DNA from: an uncultured Methanosarcinales archaeon | GTDB lineage: Archaea > Nanobdellota > Nanobdellia > Woesearchaeales > CAYSVS01 | DNA: 64,000 nucleotides | Reading direction: 5' to 3' | NCBI GenBank assembly: GCA_964479425.1 | Contig: CAYZMD010000001.1 | Span: forward strand, 936-64,935 | Shown: positions 19,872-29,413 of the stretch, one piece after another | Numbering within the stretch: the stretch's first letter is position 1 | Layout: each line of letters begins with the position of its first letter | Notes under the pieces: generated by a model | The model's database searches: none | The model's input: only the letters and a program-made list of their open reading frames with translations | Told to the model about the DNA's origin: nothing | Position numbers and translations under genes: made by a program

Positions 19872-20921
19872 TTAAATTAACCTCATAACATCTTCTACAA
19901 TCATCAACTCTTCATTAGTCGGAATAACCATTACTTTTATTTTACTTTCATCAGAAGATATTATTGTGGAATTTTTTTTATTTTTACTCTTATCTAAATT
20001 TAAGCCTAGGAATCCAAAATTCTCGCAAATGTCTTTTCTTATATAATGTTCATTTTCTCCCATACCTGCTGTAAAAACTAAAGTGTCCAACCCCTTTAGT
20101 ATCGCAATAAGCGCACCAATTTTTTTAATTGCTTTATATACAAACATTTCTTTTGCAAGTTTTGCATTTTTAGAATTTGATTTATAAATATCTCTCATGT
20201 CATTACTAATTCCGCTAATACCTAGAAGTCCAGATTCCTTATTAAACATGTTCAATATTTCAGATATATCCATTTTATACTTTTTTGCTAGATACTCTAC
20301 AACAGCAACATCTATATCTCCACATCTTGTCCCCATAATAAGTCCTTCTAATGGTGTAAATCCCATTGTTGTGTCTATTGCTTTTCCATCTTTTATTGCT
20401 GTTATGCTACATCCATTTCCTAGATGACAAGTTATTACTTTTCCCTTTAACTTTCTGCTTACAAATCTATGACTTGTTCCATGAAAACCATATCTTTTGA
20501 TATCTTTGAAATATTTTTTAGGTATTGCATAATATTTTGCAACATCTGGCATGTTTGTATAAAAAGAAGTATCAAAAACACCTATTTGTTTTACTTTAAA
20601 CATTTTTTCACAAATTCTTATAACTTCTAATTCAGGAATATTATGTAATGGCGCTAATTCACAGCAATCTTCTATTATTTTAATTTTATTTTTCGTAAGA
20701 ATGCAGCTTTCTGTTAAATTCTTTCCATGAACTATTCTATGGCCAATAGCTTCAATTATTATTTTTTCTTTATCAATCTTTTTTATTATCTTATTAATAC
20801 ATTTTTCTCTAGATTTTTTTGTAAGTATATTTTGAAAATAATCTCCTAATATTTTTTCTTTCTTTTTATATATTGAATATTTTATTGAAGAACTACCTAC
20901 ATTTAAAATAAGAAAATTCAT
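19872..20921 (-). CDS. ackA: Acetate (or butyrate) kinase, ASKHA family
   Basis: N-term FLILNVGSSSIKYSIY, GFHGTSH, CHLGNGCSITAI. 349 aa. Confidence 0.75.
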   Translation of the reverse strand: MNFLILNVGSSSIKYSIYKKKEKILGDYFQNILTKKSREKCINKIIKKIDKEKIIIEAIGHRIVHGKNLTESCILTKNKIKIIEDCCELAPLHNIPELEVIRICEKMFKVKQIGVFDTSFYTNMPDVAKYYAIPKKYFKDIKRYGFHGTSHRFVSRKLKGKVITCHLGNGCSITAIKDGKAIDTTMGFTPLEGLIMGTRCGDIDVAVVEYLAKKYKMDISEILNMFNKESGLLGISGISNDMRDIYKSNSKNAKLAKEMFVYKAIKKIGALIAILKGLDTLVFTAGMGENEHYIRKDICENFGFLGLNLDKSKNKKNSTIISSDESKIKVMVIPTNEELMIVEDVMRLI

Positions 20922-20922
20922 T

Positions 20923-21897
20923 TTAATCCTCCATTATTGAAGTAATAGCAATCATATTTACAATATCGTCTACTGCGCATCCTCTGCTTAAGTCGTTTAT
21001 TGGTTTTGCCAATCCTTGTAATATTGGACCAACAGCTTTTGCTTTTGCTAATCTTTCTACTATCTTATAACCTATATTTCCTGCATTAAGGTCTGGAAAA
21101 ATTAAAACATTAGCATCTCCTTTTAATTTACTTTCTGGACATTTTATTTTTGCAACTTCAGGAACTATTGCTGCATCAATTTGGATATCTCCATCAATTA
21201 TTAATTTAGGATTTTTCATTTTTGCAATAGATGTTGCTTTTCTAACCTTTTCAACCATTTCGTGTTTTGCACTACCATGCGTCGAAAAACTTAACATAGC
21301 AACTTTTGGTTTCTTATCTACTAATTTTTTGAATGTGTTTGCGCTACATAATGCAATCTCTGCTAATTGTTCACTATTTGGATTAGGATTTACTGCGCTA
21401 TCTCCAAACAAAAATGTTTTTTCTTTTGTTATCATCAAAAAAACGCCACTAGCTATGCTTCTTCCCTCTTTTGTTCCGATTATTTGAAATGCAGGCCTGA
21501 TTGTATCAGCGGTTGAATGTATTGCACCACTCAAAAGTCCATCTGCATCTTTCATTTTAACCATCATTGTAGAAAAATAATTCGCATGTTTCAATAATTC
21601 TTTTGCTTTTTGAGTAGTCATTCCTCTATGTTTTCTTATTTTTACTAATTCAGAAATATAGTTTTCAAGCTTTTCACTTTTTAGATAATCTATAATTTCA
21701 ATGCCTTTCAAATCAAGATTTAAATTTTTAGCTTTTGCTTTTATTTTATTTTTTTCGCCCAATAAAATAATTCTTGCTAATTTTTTATTTGTGGCTATAA
21801 CTGCTGCTCGAAGTATTCTTTCTTCGTATGCTTCAGGAAGAACTATTCTTTTGTTTAACTTTTTACTTTGCCTAAAAATTTTGTTTAATATATCCAT
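20923..21897 (-). CDS. pta: Phosphate acetyl/butyryl-transferase
   Basis: PTA_PTB N-term KRIVLPEAYEERILRAAVIA. One nt upstream of ack. Track start GTG; ATG at 21897. Confidence 0.75.
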   Translation of the reverse strand: MDILNKIFRQSKKLNKRIVLPEAYEERILRAAVIATNKKLARIILLGEKNKIKAKAKNLNLDLKGIEIIDYLKSEKLENYISELVKIRKHRGMTTQKAKELLKHANYFSTMMVKMKDADGLLSGAIHSTADTIRPAFQIIGTKEGRSIASGVFLMITKEKTFLFGDSAVNPNPNSEQLAEIALCSANTFKKLVDKKPKVAMLSFSTHGSAKHEMVEKVRKATSIAKMKNPKLIIDGDIQIDAAIVPEVAKIKCPESKLKGDANVLIFPDLNAGNIGYKIVERLAKAKAVGPILQGLAKPINDLSRGCAVDDIVNMIAITSIMED

Positions 21898-22097
21898 TTT
21901 ATTCACTTTATGTTTTCCTATTTATTTACTTTTTGTTTTGTCATCACAAAGTTTAAATATGAGAGTGATATTTTATTAGTCATTGTTGTGTGGTTTCAAG
22001 GTTTTTCCAACTTCCAAAGGTAACAAAATCCGCATTTTTGGGATTACTTGTTCATGGTAAAAAATCTGATGTTTTTTGAAAAAAACGAGGGGTTAGT

Positions 22098-22904
22098 ATG
22101 ATTGTAAAAGATGAATTTTTAGGTAAGCTTAGACGATATTTCGCACTTAATTTATATGAGGTTAAAATTTGGACTGCTTTACTTTCTAGGGGAGTTTCTA
22201 CAGCTGGAGAACTAAGTGATATAGCTGATGTTCCAAGATCAAGAAGTTATGATGTATTAGAAAGTCTTGAGAAAAAAGGCTTTGTTGTTATGAAATTGGG
22301 TAAACCAATAAAATATTTGGCAGTTCCTCCTGTTGAGGTTGTTGAAAGAGTTAAGAAAAATATGAAGAGCGATGCTGATGAAAGAATACAAAGACTTGAA
22401 AATTTAAAAACTACCGAAGTTATTGGTGAACTTAATTCTTTACATGATCAAGGTATTGAACTTGTTGAACCAAGCGATTTGGCAGGAAGTTTAAGAGGCA
22501 GACATAACTTATATAATCATATTGAGTTAACATTAAGAGGCGCTCAAAAATCTGTTAATTTGATGACTACAGCTCAAGGTTTTATAAGAAAATCTGAAGG
22601 TTTAAAGTCCGTTTTTGAGAAACTAAAGAAAAAAGGTGTTAAAATTAGAATTGCAGCACCGATTACAAAAGAATCTAAAAATTCTATAAAGGAATTGGCA
22701 GGAATTGCAGAGGTTAAGCATATTGATAAGATTAGTGCAAGATTTGCAATAGTTGATGGTAAAGATATCGTATTTATGGTTGCTGACGATAAAAAAGTAC
22801 ACCCTACATATGATGTTGGTATTTGGGTAAAAACTCCTTTTTTCGCAAGCGCAATGGATGATATGTTTAATCTTGCTTGGAAAGACTTAAAACCATCTAA
22901 ATAA
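22098..22904 (+). CDS. trmB: TrmB-family transcriptional regulator
   Basis: N-terminal wHTH LYEVKIWTALLSRGVSTAGELSDIADVPRSRSYDVLESLEKKGFV. SD-like gagggg upstream. Divergent from pta-ack. Confidence 0.75.
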   Translation: MIVKDEFLGKLRRYFALNLYEVKIWTALLSRGVSTAGELSDIADVPRSRSYDVLESLEKKGFVVMKLGKPIKYLAVPPVEVVERVKKNMKSDADERIQRLENLKTTEVIGELNSLHDQGIELVEPSDLAGSLRGRHNLYNHIELTLRGAQKSVNLMTTAQGFIRKSEGLKSVFEKLKKKGVKIRIAAPITKESKNSIKELAGIAEVKHIDKISARFAIVDGKDIVFMVADDKKVHPTYDVGIWVKTPFFASAMDDMFNLAWKDLKPSK

Positions 22905-22943
22905 AAACTTTTATATATTATCCTTTTCTTTTTTTTATTCATA

Positions 22944-24482
22944 ATGAATGATTCAGATTTAGCTACAACTTTAAATAATATAGAGAGAAAGATTCTTCCT
23001 TTAATTAAAGAGAATCATGAATTCTTAGACTTAGTTGATGAATCAGGATTAAAAGATATTGAAGTTATGCGTGCGTTACAGTGGTTACAAAATAAAAACT
23101 TAGTTGAGCTAAAAGAACAAATTACTGAGTTTGTATCTTTGGACGTTAATGGTAAAGAATATTCTAAGAAGGGTTTACCCGAGATAAGATTTCTTAAGTC
23201 ATTAACTGACAAATTTCAAGATTTGAACAGTATTCTAAAAATTTCAGGATTACAAAAGGAAGAAGTGAATATCTGTATAGGTACGTTAAAGAAAAAGGCA
23301 GCGATAGATTTGAAAAAAGATAAGGGCTTAACTTTTAAGATAACTGACCAGGGTAAAAAACTTCTTGAAAAACCAAGTTTAGAACAGCAATTTTTAGAGA
23401 AGATAAGGAATTCTCCTATCGATTTTGCTCATCTTGCTCCAGAAGAAAAATTTGCGTTTGATAATTTAATTAAAAGAAAAGGAATAATTAAAAAAGAACA
23501 AATTAAAAAAAAATATGCTAATTTAACTGAGCTTGGAAAATTAGTATCTAAGCAAGACCTATCTGCAGATTATATTGAAAGACTAACTCCAAAGATGATA
23601 AAATCTAAAGAATGGAAAGATAAAAAGTTTAGAAAATATGATGTTAAAGTAAATGTTCCTAAAATTAATTATGGAAAAAGACATTTTGTTAATGAAGCAA
23701 TAAATTATATTAAAAAAATATGGTTAGAACTTGGATTTAAAGAAATGCAAGGAAATATGTTACAGACTAGTCTTTGGGATTTAGACGCATTATTTGTTCC
23801 ACAAGATCATCCAGCACGAGAAATGCAAGATACATTTTATATAAAAGATCCAAGAACAGGCAAAATTGATAAATCATGGTTAAAGAAAATTAAAGCAGTA
23901 CATGAACATGGTGCAGATACTGGAAGTAAAGGTTGGCAAGCTCCATTCTCAGAAGAAAAAGCTAAAGAAAATCTTTTGCGAACCCATACAACGGTTTTGT
24001 CTGCTCAAACTATTGCTAAACTAAAAGAAAAAGATCTACCACAAAAGTTTTTCACAGTTGGAAAAGTTTTTAGAAATGAGACGCTAGATTGGAAACACTT
24101 ATTTGAGTTTTATCAAGTTGAAGGTATTGTTGTTGATCCTGATGCCAATTTTTCAAATTTAATCGGTTACTTGAAAAACTTTTTTGGAAAGATGGGCTTT
24201 AAAGACGCAAGAATAAGACCTGCGCACTTTCCTTATACAGAACCATCTGCAGAAATTGATGTATTACATCCAGTAACTGGTAAATGGATTGAATTAGGTG
24301 GCTGCGGAATATTTAGACCTGAAGTTACTAAAACATTAATCGGAAAAGAAATACCAGTTCTAGCATGGGGCTTTGGTATGGGCAGAATAATTAGCGCATA
24401 TTTCGGAATAACTGATATTAGAGATTTATACAAGAACGATCTTAAGCAATTAAGAGAAATGAAATCATGGTTGAAGAGTTAA
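22944..24482 (+). CDS. pheS: Phenylalanyl-tRNA synthetase alpha subunit (archaeal)
   Basis: 512 aa. Class II motif 2 FFTVGKVFRNETLDWKHLFEFYQVEG. Motif 3 GFGMGRI. Confidence 0.9.
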   Translation: MNDSDLATTLNNIERKILPLIKENHEFLDLVDESGLKDIEVMRALQWLQNKNLVELKEQITEFVSLDVNGKEYSKKGLPEIRFLKSLTDKFQDLNSILKISGLQKEEVNICIGTLKKKAAIDLKKDKGLTFKITDQGKKLLEKPSLEQQFLEKIRNSPIDFAHLAPEEKFAFDNLIKRKGIIKKEQIKKKYANLTELGKLVSKQDLSADYIERLTPKMIKSKEWKDKKFRKYDVKVNVPKINYGKRHFVNEAINYIKKIWLELGFKEMQGNMLQTSLWDLDALFVPQDHPAREMQDTFYIKDPRTGKIDKSWLKKIKAVHEHGADTGSKGWQAPFSEEKAKENLLRTHTTVLSAQTIAKLKEKDLPQKFFTVGKVFRNETLDWKHLFEFYQVEGIVVDPDANFSNLIGYLKNFFGKMGFKDARIRPAHFPYTEPSAEIDVLHPVTGKWIELGGCGIFRPEVTKTLIGKEIPVLAWGFGMGRIISAYFGITDIRDLYKNDLKQLREMKSWLKS

Positions 24483-24489
24483 TAGAAAA

Positions 24490-24834
24490 ATGAAAATAAA
24501 AGAAGCACAGCAGGAAGTAAAAGATTTTACATTACGTCAATCCTGGCTAGATGTTCCAAACATTGATAAGATAGACCATATTCACGAAGAGTTAACAGAA
24601 ATAAGTCGATTATTAAGATATAAAACTGAAGATGAAAGAAAAAGTGTTGTTATAGAACATAAGGAGAAGCTTCAAAAGGAGATAGGAGATGTCTTATTTT
24701 GTACATTAAGATTGTCAAACCAACTTGGTGTTGATGCACAAAAAGGTTTTCTTGAAACCTTGCAAAAAGTACAAATAAAATTTGCGAGTCAATCTGAGAG
24801 TCAAAGTTCAGATAATGAACGTGAAGCTATTTAG
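24490..24834 (+). CDS. MazG-like all-alpha NTP pyrophosphohydrolase
   Basis: EELTEISRLLRY...KEIGDVLFCTLRLSNQLGVD is a typical MazG/NTP-PPase EExxE...D arrangement. Confidence 0.55.
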   Translation: MKIKEAQQEVKDFTLRQSWLDVPNIDKIDHIHEELTEISRLLRYKTEDERKSVVIEHKEKLQKEIGDVLFCTLRLSNQLGVDAQKGFLETLQKVQIKFASQSESQSSDNEREAI

Positions 24835-24845
24835 GTGGATGAAAG

Positions 24846-24996
24846 AATGAAGAAAAATGTTGATACATATATTGGAGTTTTTTTGATTGCACTAGTAGCT
24901 TTAAATATATTAGGTGTGCTTAGAACAATAGGCGTAACACAAAAATTTGTTGATATTGTTGTATTATTAACAGGACTATATTTAGTATTTAAATAA
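24846..24996 (+). CDS. Small (49 aa) two-helix membrane protein (not in ORF track, <60 aa)
   Basis: MKKNVDTYIGVFLIALVALNILGVLRTIGVTQKFVDIVVLLTGLYLVFK. Coordinates approximate. Confidence 0.3.
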
Positions 24997-25012
24997 AAAG
25001 AAAGATGAAAAA

Positions 25013-25291
25013 ATGGATGAACAAAAAATTTTAGCTTATATATCTATTGTGTTGGGAATATTAGCATTAGGTTTTGCAATATTTTTAACTAATGACACTA
25101 CGCTTCAAATAGGCTATATAGTATTAATAATATTATCAGCATTTGTTTATTTTATTTTTGAAAATAAAAATTCAATAAAAGTAAATGATAAAAAGTTAAA
25201 AAAAACAAAATTAGACATAAATGAGATAAATAAATCAATTGATTTCCATGAAAGATTGTTAAAGATAGAAAATGAGGTTTTTAAAAAATGA
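25013..25291 (+). CDS. Small membrane protein (2 TM) with Lys-rich C-terminus
   Basis: ILAYISIVLGILALGFAIFL and IGYIVLIILSAFVYFIF. Confidence 0.45.
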   Translation: MDEQKILAYISIVLGILALGFAIFLTNDTTLQIGYIVLIILSAFVYFIFENKNSIKVNDKKLKKTKLDINEINKSIDFHERLLKIENEVFKK

Positions 25292-25380
25292 ATAAAAAAG
25301 GTCAATCTGAGGTTGTATTGATTATATTACTTGTATTATTTTTAATATTTTTGATATTAAAATCTTTAGGTAAAATATAA
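25288..25380 (+). CDS. 30-aa hydrophobic micro-protein (class-III-signal-like N-terminus KKG/QSE)
   Basis: MNKKGQSEVVLIILLVLFLIFLILKSLGKI. Its ATG overlaps the stop of the upstream gene (ATGA), and its stop lies 1 nt before the pheT ATG. Confidence 0.3.
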   Translation: MNKKGQSEVVLIILLVLFLIFLILKSLGKI

Positions 25381-25381
25381 A

Positions 25382-27040
25382 ATGCCACAAGTAAAACTGA
25401 ACAAAAAAGTTTTTGAAAAATTGGTTGGAAAGAAATTACCAGACGCTAAACTTAAAGATAGGATTAGTTATCTAGGTACTGATTTAGATAGTATAGATAA
25501 TAATGAAATTAATGTAGAAATTTTTCCAAATAGACCAGACTTGTTAAGTGAACAAGGTTTTGCAAGAGCATTTAGTAGCTTTATTGGTGTTAAAACAGGA
25601 TTAAAAGAATATAAAGTAAATAAAAGTAATTACAAATTAATTGTTGAAAAATCCGTTTCTAAGATAAGACCCTATACTGCTTGCGCTGTTATTAAAAATT
25701 TAAAGATGGATGATGAAAAAATTAGAGAGATAATTCAAATTCAAGAAAAACTACACATAACTTTTGGCAGGAATAGAAAAAAAATGGCAATAGGTATTTA
25801 CCCAATGGAAAAAATAAATTTTCCAATCAGATATTTAGCTAAGTCACCTCAAGAAATAAAGTTTAAACCCCTTGAGTTTCCTAGAGTTATAACAGGACAT
25901 CAAATATTAAGTCAACATCCTACAGGTAGGGATTATGGACATTTATTGGAAGGTTATGACAAATTTCCAATTTTTATTGATGCAAAAGAAAAAATATTAT
26001 CGATGCCTCCTATTATTAATAGCCACGATGTTGGAAAGATTTCTAATCAGACAAAGGATGTATTTATTGAATGTAGTGGCTTTGATTTTTCTGTTCTTAG
26101 TCAATGTTTAAACATAATAGTTACTGCTTTAGCTGATATGGGTGGAAGTATCTATGAAATTAAATTAGAATATTTAAAAGAAAAATATGTTACTCCAAAT
26201 TTAAAACCAAGAAAAGAAAAAATTAGATTAGATTATGTAAATAAATATCTTGGACTTAATTTGAAAGAAAAAGAGATGAAGGAATTACTCGAAAAAATGG
26301 GATACGGATATTCTAAAGGAAACGTACTTGTTCCTGCATATAGATCAGATATTTTACATGAGATAGATTTTGTTGAGGATATAGCAATTGCTTATGGTTA
26401 TGAAAATTTTAAGGCAGAAATACCTAATGTTGCAACAATTGGTCAGGAAGATCACGAGCAGATTTTGATAAATAAGATTGCTGATATTTTAATCGGGTTT
26501 GGTTTGTTAGAGGTCAACACTTATAATATTACAAATAAATTTAATCAATCAGAAAGGATGAATGCAAAAATTTCTGTTATTGAATTAGCTAATGCTTTAA
26601 CAGTTGATTATGATGCTCTTAGAACCTGGGTCATTCCAAATTTAATACAGGTATTATCTGATAACAAACATAATGAGTTTCCACAAAAAATATTTGAAGT
26701 TGCTACTTGTTTTAAAAAGAATGAAAAAGAAGATACTAATGTTTCTGAATTTAAAAGATTAGCAGTTCTCTTAACACATGCAACTGCAGACTACACAGAA
26801 ATTAGGCAAATATTTGATGCACTTATGAGCGCACTTGATTTAAAGTACGAAGTTAGTGAGGTTGAACACCCTAGTTTTATTTCTGGAAGAGTTGGTAGAG
26901 TAAAAGTTGAAGGAAAAGATATTGCATATATTGGCGAGATCCATCCACAAGTTTTAGAAAATTGGGATTTAGATTATCCCATTGTAGCTTTTGAGTTAAA
27001 CATAACAGAAATAGTTAAAATTATTTTAGCAAAGGAATAG
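25382..27040 (+). CDS. pheT: Phenylalanyl-tRNA synthetase beta subunit (archaeal)
   Basis: 552 aa. B3/B4 and B5 regions. Typical archaeal PheT layout downstream of pheS. Confidence 0.85.
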   Translation: MPQVKLNKKVFEKLVGKKLPDAKLKDRISYLGTDLDSIDNNEINVEIFPNRPDLLSEQGFARAFSSFIGVKTGLKEYKVNKSNYKLIVEKSVSKIRPYTACAVIKNLKMDDEKIREIIQIQEKLHITFGRNRKKMAIGIYPMEKINFPIRYLAKSPQEIKFKPLEFPRVITGHQILSQHPTGRDYGHLLEGYDKFPIFIDAKEKILSMPPIINSHDVGKISNQTKDVFIECSGFDFSVLSQCLNIIVTALADMGGSIYEIKLEYLKEKYVTPNLKPRKEKIRLDYVNKYLGLNLKEKEMKELLEKMGYGYSKGNVLVPAYRSDILHEIDFVEDIAIAYGYENFKAEIPNVATIGQEDHEQILINKIADILIGFGLLEVNTYNITNKFNQSERMNAKISVIELANALTVDYDALRTWVIPNLIQVLSDNKHNEFPQKIFEVATCFKKNEKEDTNVSEFKRLAVLLTHATADYTEIRQIFDALMSALDLKYEVSEVEHPSFISGRVGRVKVEGKDIAYIGEIHPQVLENWDLDYPIVAFELNITEIVKIILAKE

Positions 27041-27752
27041 CTTTTATTATACTAGATTTAATTCTATATATTATTGAACTTTTATAATTTATATCACTCA
27101 CATCTGGATTAATTACTTTTTTATCAACAATAGCCTGTCTAATATCTTCTGTTTTAGTCATTGAATATAATTTACCTATTTGAGATTTAAAATGGGAATC
27201 ACTACCATAAACAACTGATAAGTCAAATTTTTTAGCAAGTTCAATTGCTTTTTTATTCTCTTCAACTTTCATGCATGCCCCATTAATTTCTGTATAATCA
27301 AAAAAATTAATTATTCCCGTATACGAATATAAGTAACCTGTCTTATATAATGCTTCAAAATCAAATCCTCCTCTTATCCCCCCACTATAGGGATGCATTA
27401 ATCCAACAATTAATTCTTTATTATTTTCTTTGAGTTCATTTCTTTTTTCGCTCAATTTAATAAAATCAAAAGCATCTTTTTTCTTAATTTTCATAAGTTC
27501 ATAACAATTTTTTACAGTCAAATAATCAATGGATATCTCGCCAAATTGTGTTTTTGCTTCGAGGCTTCTAACAACATTTACATTATATCTTCTAGAAAGT
27601 TCTGCTGCACGCAAAGTTCCGTCGCAAGTATTGTGATCTCTAACAAAAATAGTATGTAAGTCATGTTCTTCTGCTAAATCTAGAATATCTTTAATTTCCA
27701 AATTACTACATGGACTATATTTAGTATGAATATGTGTATCAAATTTGTACAT
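27021..27752 (-). CDS. PHP-domain metal-dependent phosphoesterase
   Basis: FDTHIHTKYSPCS ... RDHNTCDG is the PHP motif. Convergent 20-nt overlap with the pheT end. Confidence 0.7.
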   Translation of the reverse strand: MYKFDTHIHTKYSPCSNLEIKDILDLAEEHDLHTIFVRDHNTCDGTLRAAELSRRYNVNVVRSLEAKTQFGEISIDYLTVKNCYELMKIKKKDAFDFIKLSEKRNELKENNKELIVGLMHPYSGGIRGGFDFEALYKTGYLYSYTGIINFFDYTEINGACMKVEENKKAIELAKKFDLSVVYGSDSHFKSQIGKLYSMTKTEDIRQAIVDKKVINPDVSDINYKSSIIYRIKSSIIKAIPLLK

Positions 27753-27784
27753 AATAATAAAAGAAAAAATAATAAATAAAAAGC

Positions 27785-28195
27785 TTACTCTTTTTTAGTT
27801 TCAACTGAAGGTTTTTCTTCTGTTTTTTTCTCTACCTTTTTAGTCTCTTTTTCCTTCTCTACTTTTGGAGCTACTTTTTTCTTTGCTTTTTTAGGCTTTT
27901 TTTCTTTTAGAGTATGCTTGATAACTTTTTTAGGTCTTTCTTTTCTTTCTTTACTCTTTTTCTCTTTAAGTTCAATACCTAATTTTTTGAATTCAGCCAT
28001 AACAACACTATGCTCTGCATTTTTAGCTAATTCAACTTTAGTCTCTGACGGCTCTAGATGTAATACATTACATTTCTTTCTTCTAGTCTCTCCATCAACC
28101 ATAACAAACCTATCATCTATTATATCAATAATTAAACATTTTTTACCAGCATCTCTGCCTGCTAATTTTACACATAATCTACCAATTTCTAACAT
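27785..28195 (-). CDS. rpl14e: Ribosomal protein L14e (eL14)
   Basis: MLEIGRLCVKLAGRDAGKK KOW-like start, with a K/E-rich tail. Track start TTG; ATG at 28195. Confidence 0.8.
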   Translation of the reverse strand: MLEIGRLCVKLAGRDAGKKCLIIDIIDDRFVMVDGETRRKKCNVLHLEPSETKVELAKNAEHSVVMAEFKKLGIELKEKKSKERKERPKKVIKHTLKEKKPKKAKKKVAPKVEKEKETKKVEKKTEEKPSVETKKE

Positions 28196-28287
28196 TTTTA
28201 GTTCCTCCAAGAAATAGCCATAGTCCCTTTAAACAACAATAAGGCGTTGCCGCGCAAATTTATAAGTTAAAAGAGGCTATTTCTGTT

Positions 28288-28548
28288 TTATTGATTATTT
28301 TTTATTGTTTTTCTCATACATTTACTGCATAAGTTTCCGCCGTAAAGCCTTTCAACAGTCTTTTGTGATTTAGACATGTTCTTAAATTTTGACATAATTT
28401 TGTTTGGAATTCCATGTAATTCTGCTTTACAAATTCCACATTTAGCCTTGCTTGGCTTTCTAATTCTATAATGCTGAACTGTTTCTCCACCAGGAGTTTT
28501 TACCTTAAGTCTTCTTTTCGATCTTGATTTTTTTTTACCTTCAACCAT
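28288..28548 (-). CDS. rpl34e: Ribosomal protein L34e (eL34)
   Basis: RRLKVKTPGGETVQHYRIRKPSKAKCGICKAELHGIP ... CSKC zinc ribbon. Confidence 0.85.
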   Translation of the reverse strand: MVEGKKKSRSKRRLKVKTPGGETVQHYRIRKPSKAKCGICKAELHGIPNKIMSKFKNMSKSQKTVERLYGGNLCSKCMRKTIKNNQ

Positions 28549-28666
28549 TTTGTTTCCTCTGTTCTTGAATAATTTGATTTATTTATAAAACTTTCTGTTA
28601 AGAAAGTAAGGAACACCAGTGACGCAAGTTACTGAAAGTAACCTTTGAATATCAATAAAAGTGCTT

Positions 28667-29413
28667 CTAATGTAGCTTTAATAGTTTTCTCAAACTCATG
28701 CTAAAGAGTATTGAAAATATGATATATGTCCCAAGCCATCCTATTTGCCAACCAAATAGGTTTAAAGGTTTCATTTTTTGATTTCCTATATTTAGTGTCT
28801 TAATACTATTATCGTCTATTTTCTTAACAGGTTGCTCATACATTTGATCATTAGTTATTAATATTAATTGATTATATGATTTTTCTTTATACTTGTATTC
28901 TACCATATGTTGCCCTATTTTTCCTTTCATTGTCCAGAATGCTTTTGAATTCTCAATATCAACTGTCTTTCCAGATAATAATGTTATTTCTTTTGGTGTT
29001 ATAATTTCAATTTCTCCATTCATTCCTGTTTCAAATTCAATAAAAGTGCTAAACTCATTGTCAGGAGTTATTGGCATATAAGCAAGGTGCATATTTAGCC
29101 ATCCAAAAATAAGTATTATCGGAAGAAATGTTACTAGAGTTGGCTTCATACTCTGTGTCATGTATTTCATGTTTGTTGCCATTGCTCTTTTTTGTACTTC
29201 CATAACTTGAGCAGGATGATCTCTTAATTCCTTCATTTCTTTTTGAAAGCTTTTCATGTCTTCTTTTAGAATTTTCATAAGACTCTGATCAGTCATCCAT
29301 TTGTATATTAAAGTCATAACTATTGCAACAAAAAAAGAAATAATAATTAATGCAACTAATGGCGACAAATTCAACAATGGATTTAATAATGGGTCGAGTA
29401 TAGCCATTTTCAC
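28667..29413 (-). CDS. DUF106/EMC3-TMCO1-like (archaeal Oxa1/YidC-superfamily insertase homolog)
   Basis: Conserved position next to secY. TM-coiled coil-TM layout (LVALIIISFFVAIVMTLIYK ... KEMKELRDHPAQ...). Confidence 0.65.
   Translation of the reverse strand: MKMAILDPLLNPLLNLSPLVALIIISFFVAIVMTLIYKWMTDQSLMKILKEDMKSFQKEMKELRDHPAQVMEVQKRAMATNMKYMTQSMKPTLVTFLPIILIFGWLNMHLAYMPITPDNEFSTFIEFETGMNGEIEIITPKEITLLSGKTVDIENSKAFWTMKGKIGQHMVEYKYKEKSYNQLILITNDQMYEQPVKKIDDNSIKTLNIGNQKMKPLNLFGWQIGWLGTYIIFSILFSMSLRKLLKLH

Noticed and set aside
19872-20921. Deciding acetate kinase versus butyrate kinase.
   Set aside because: Length (349 aa) is closer to butyrate kinase, but HLGNGxS and GFHGTSH fit both. Left as ASKHA acetate/butyrate kinase; needs phylogeny.
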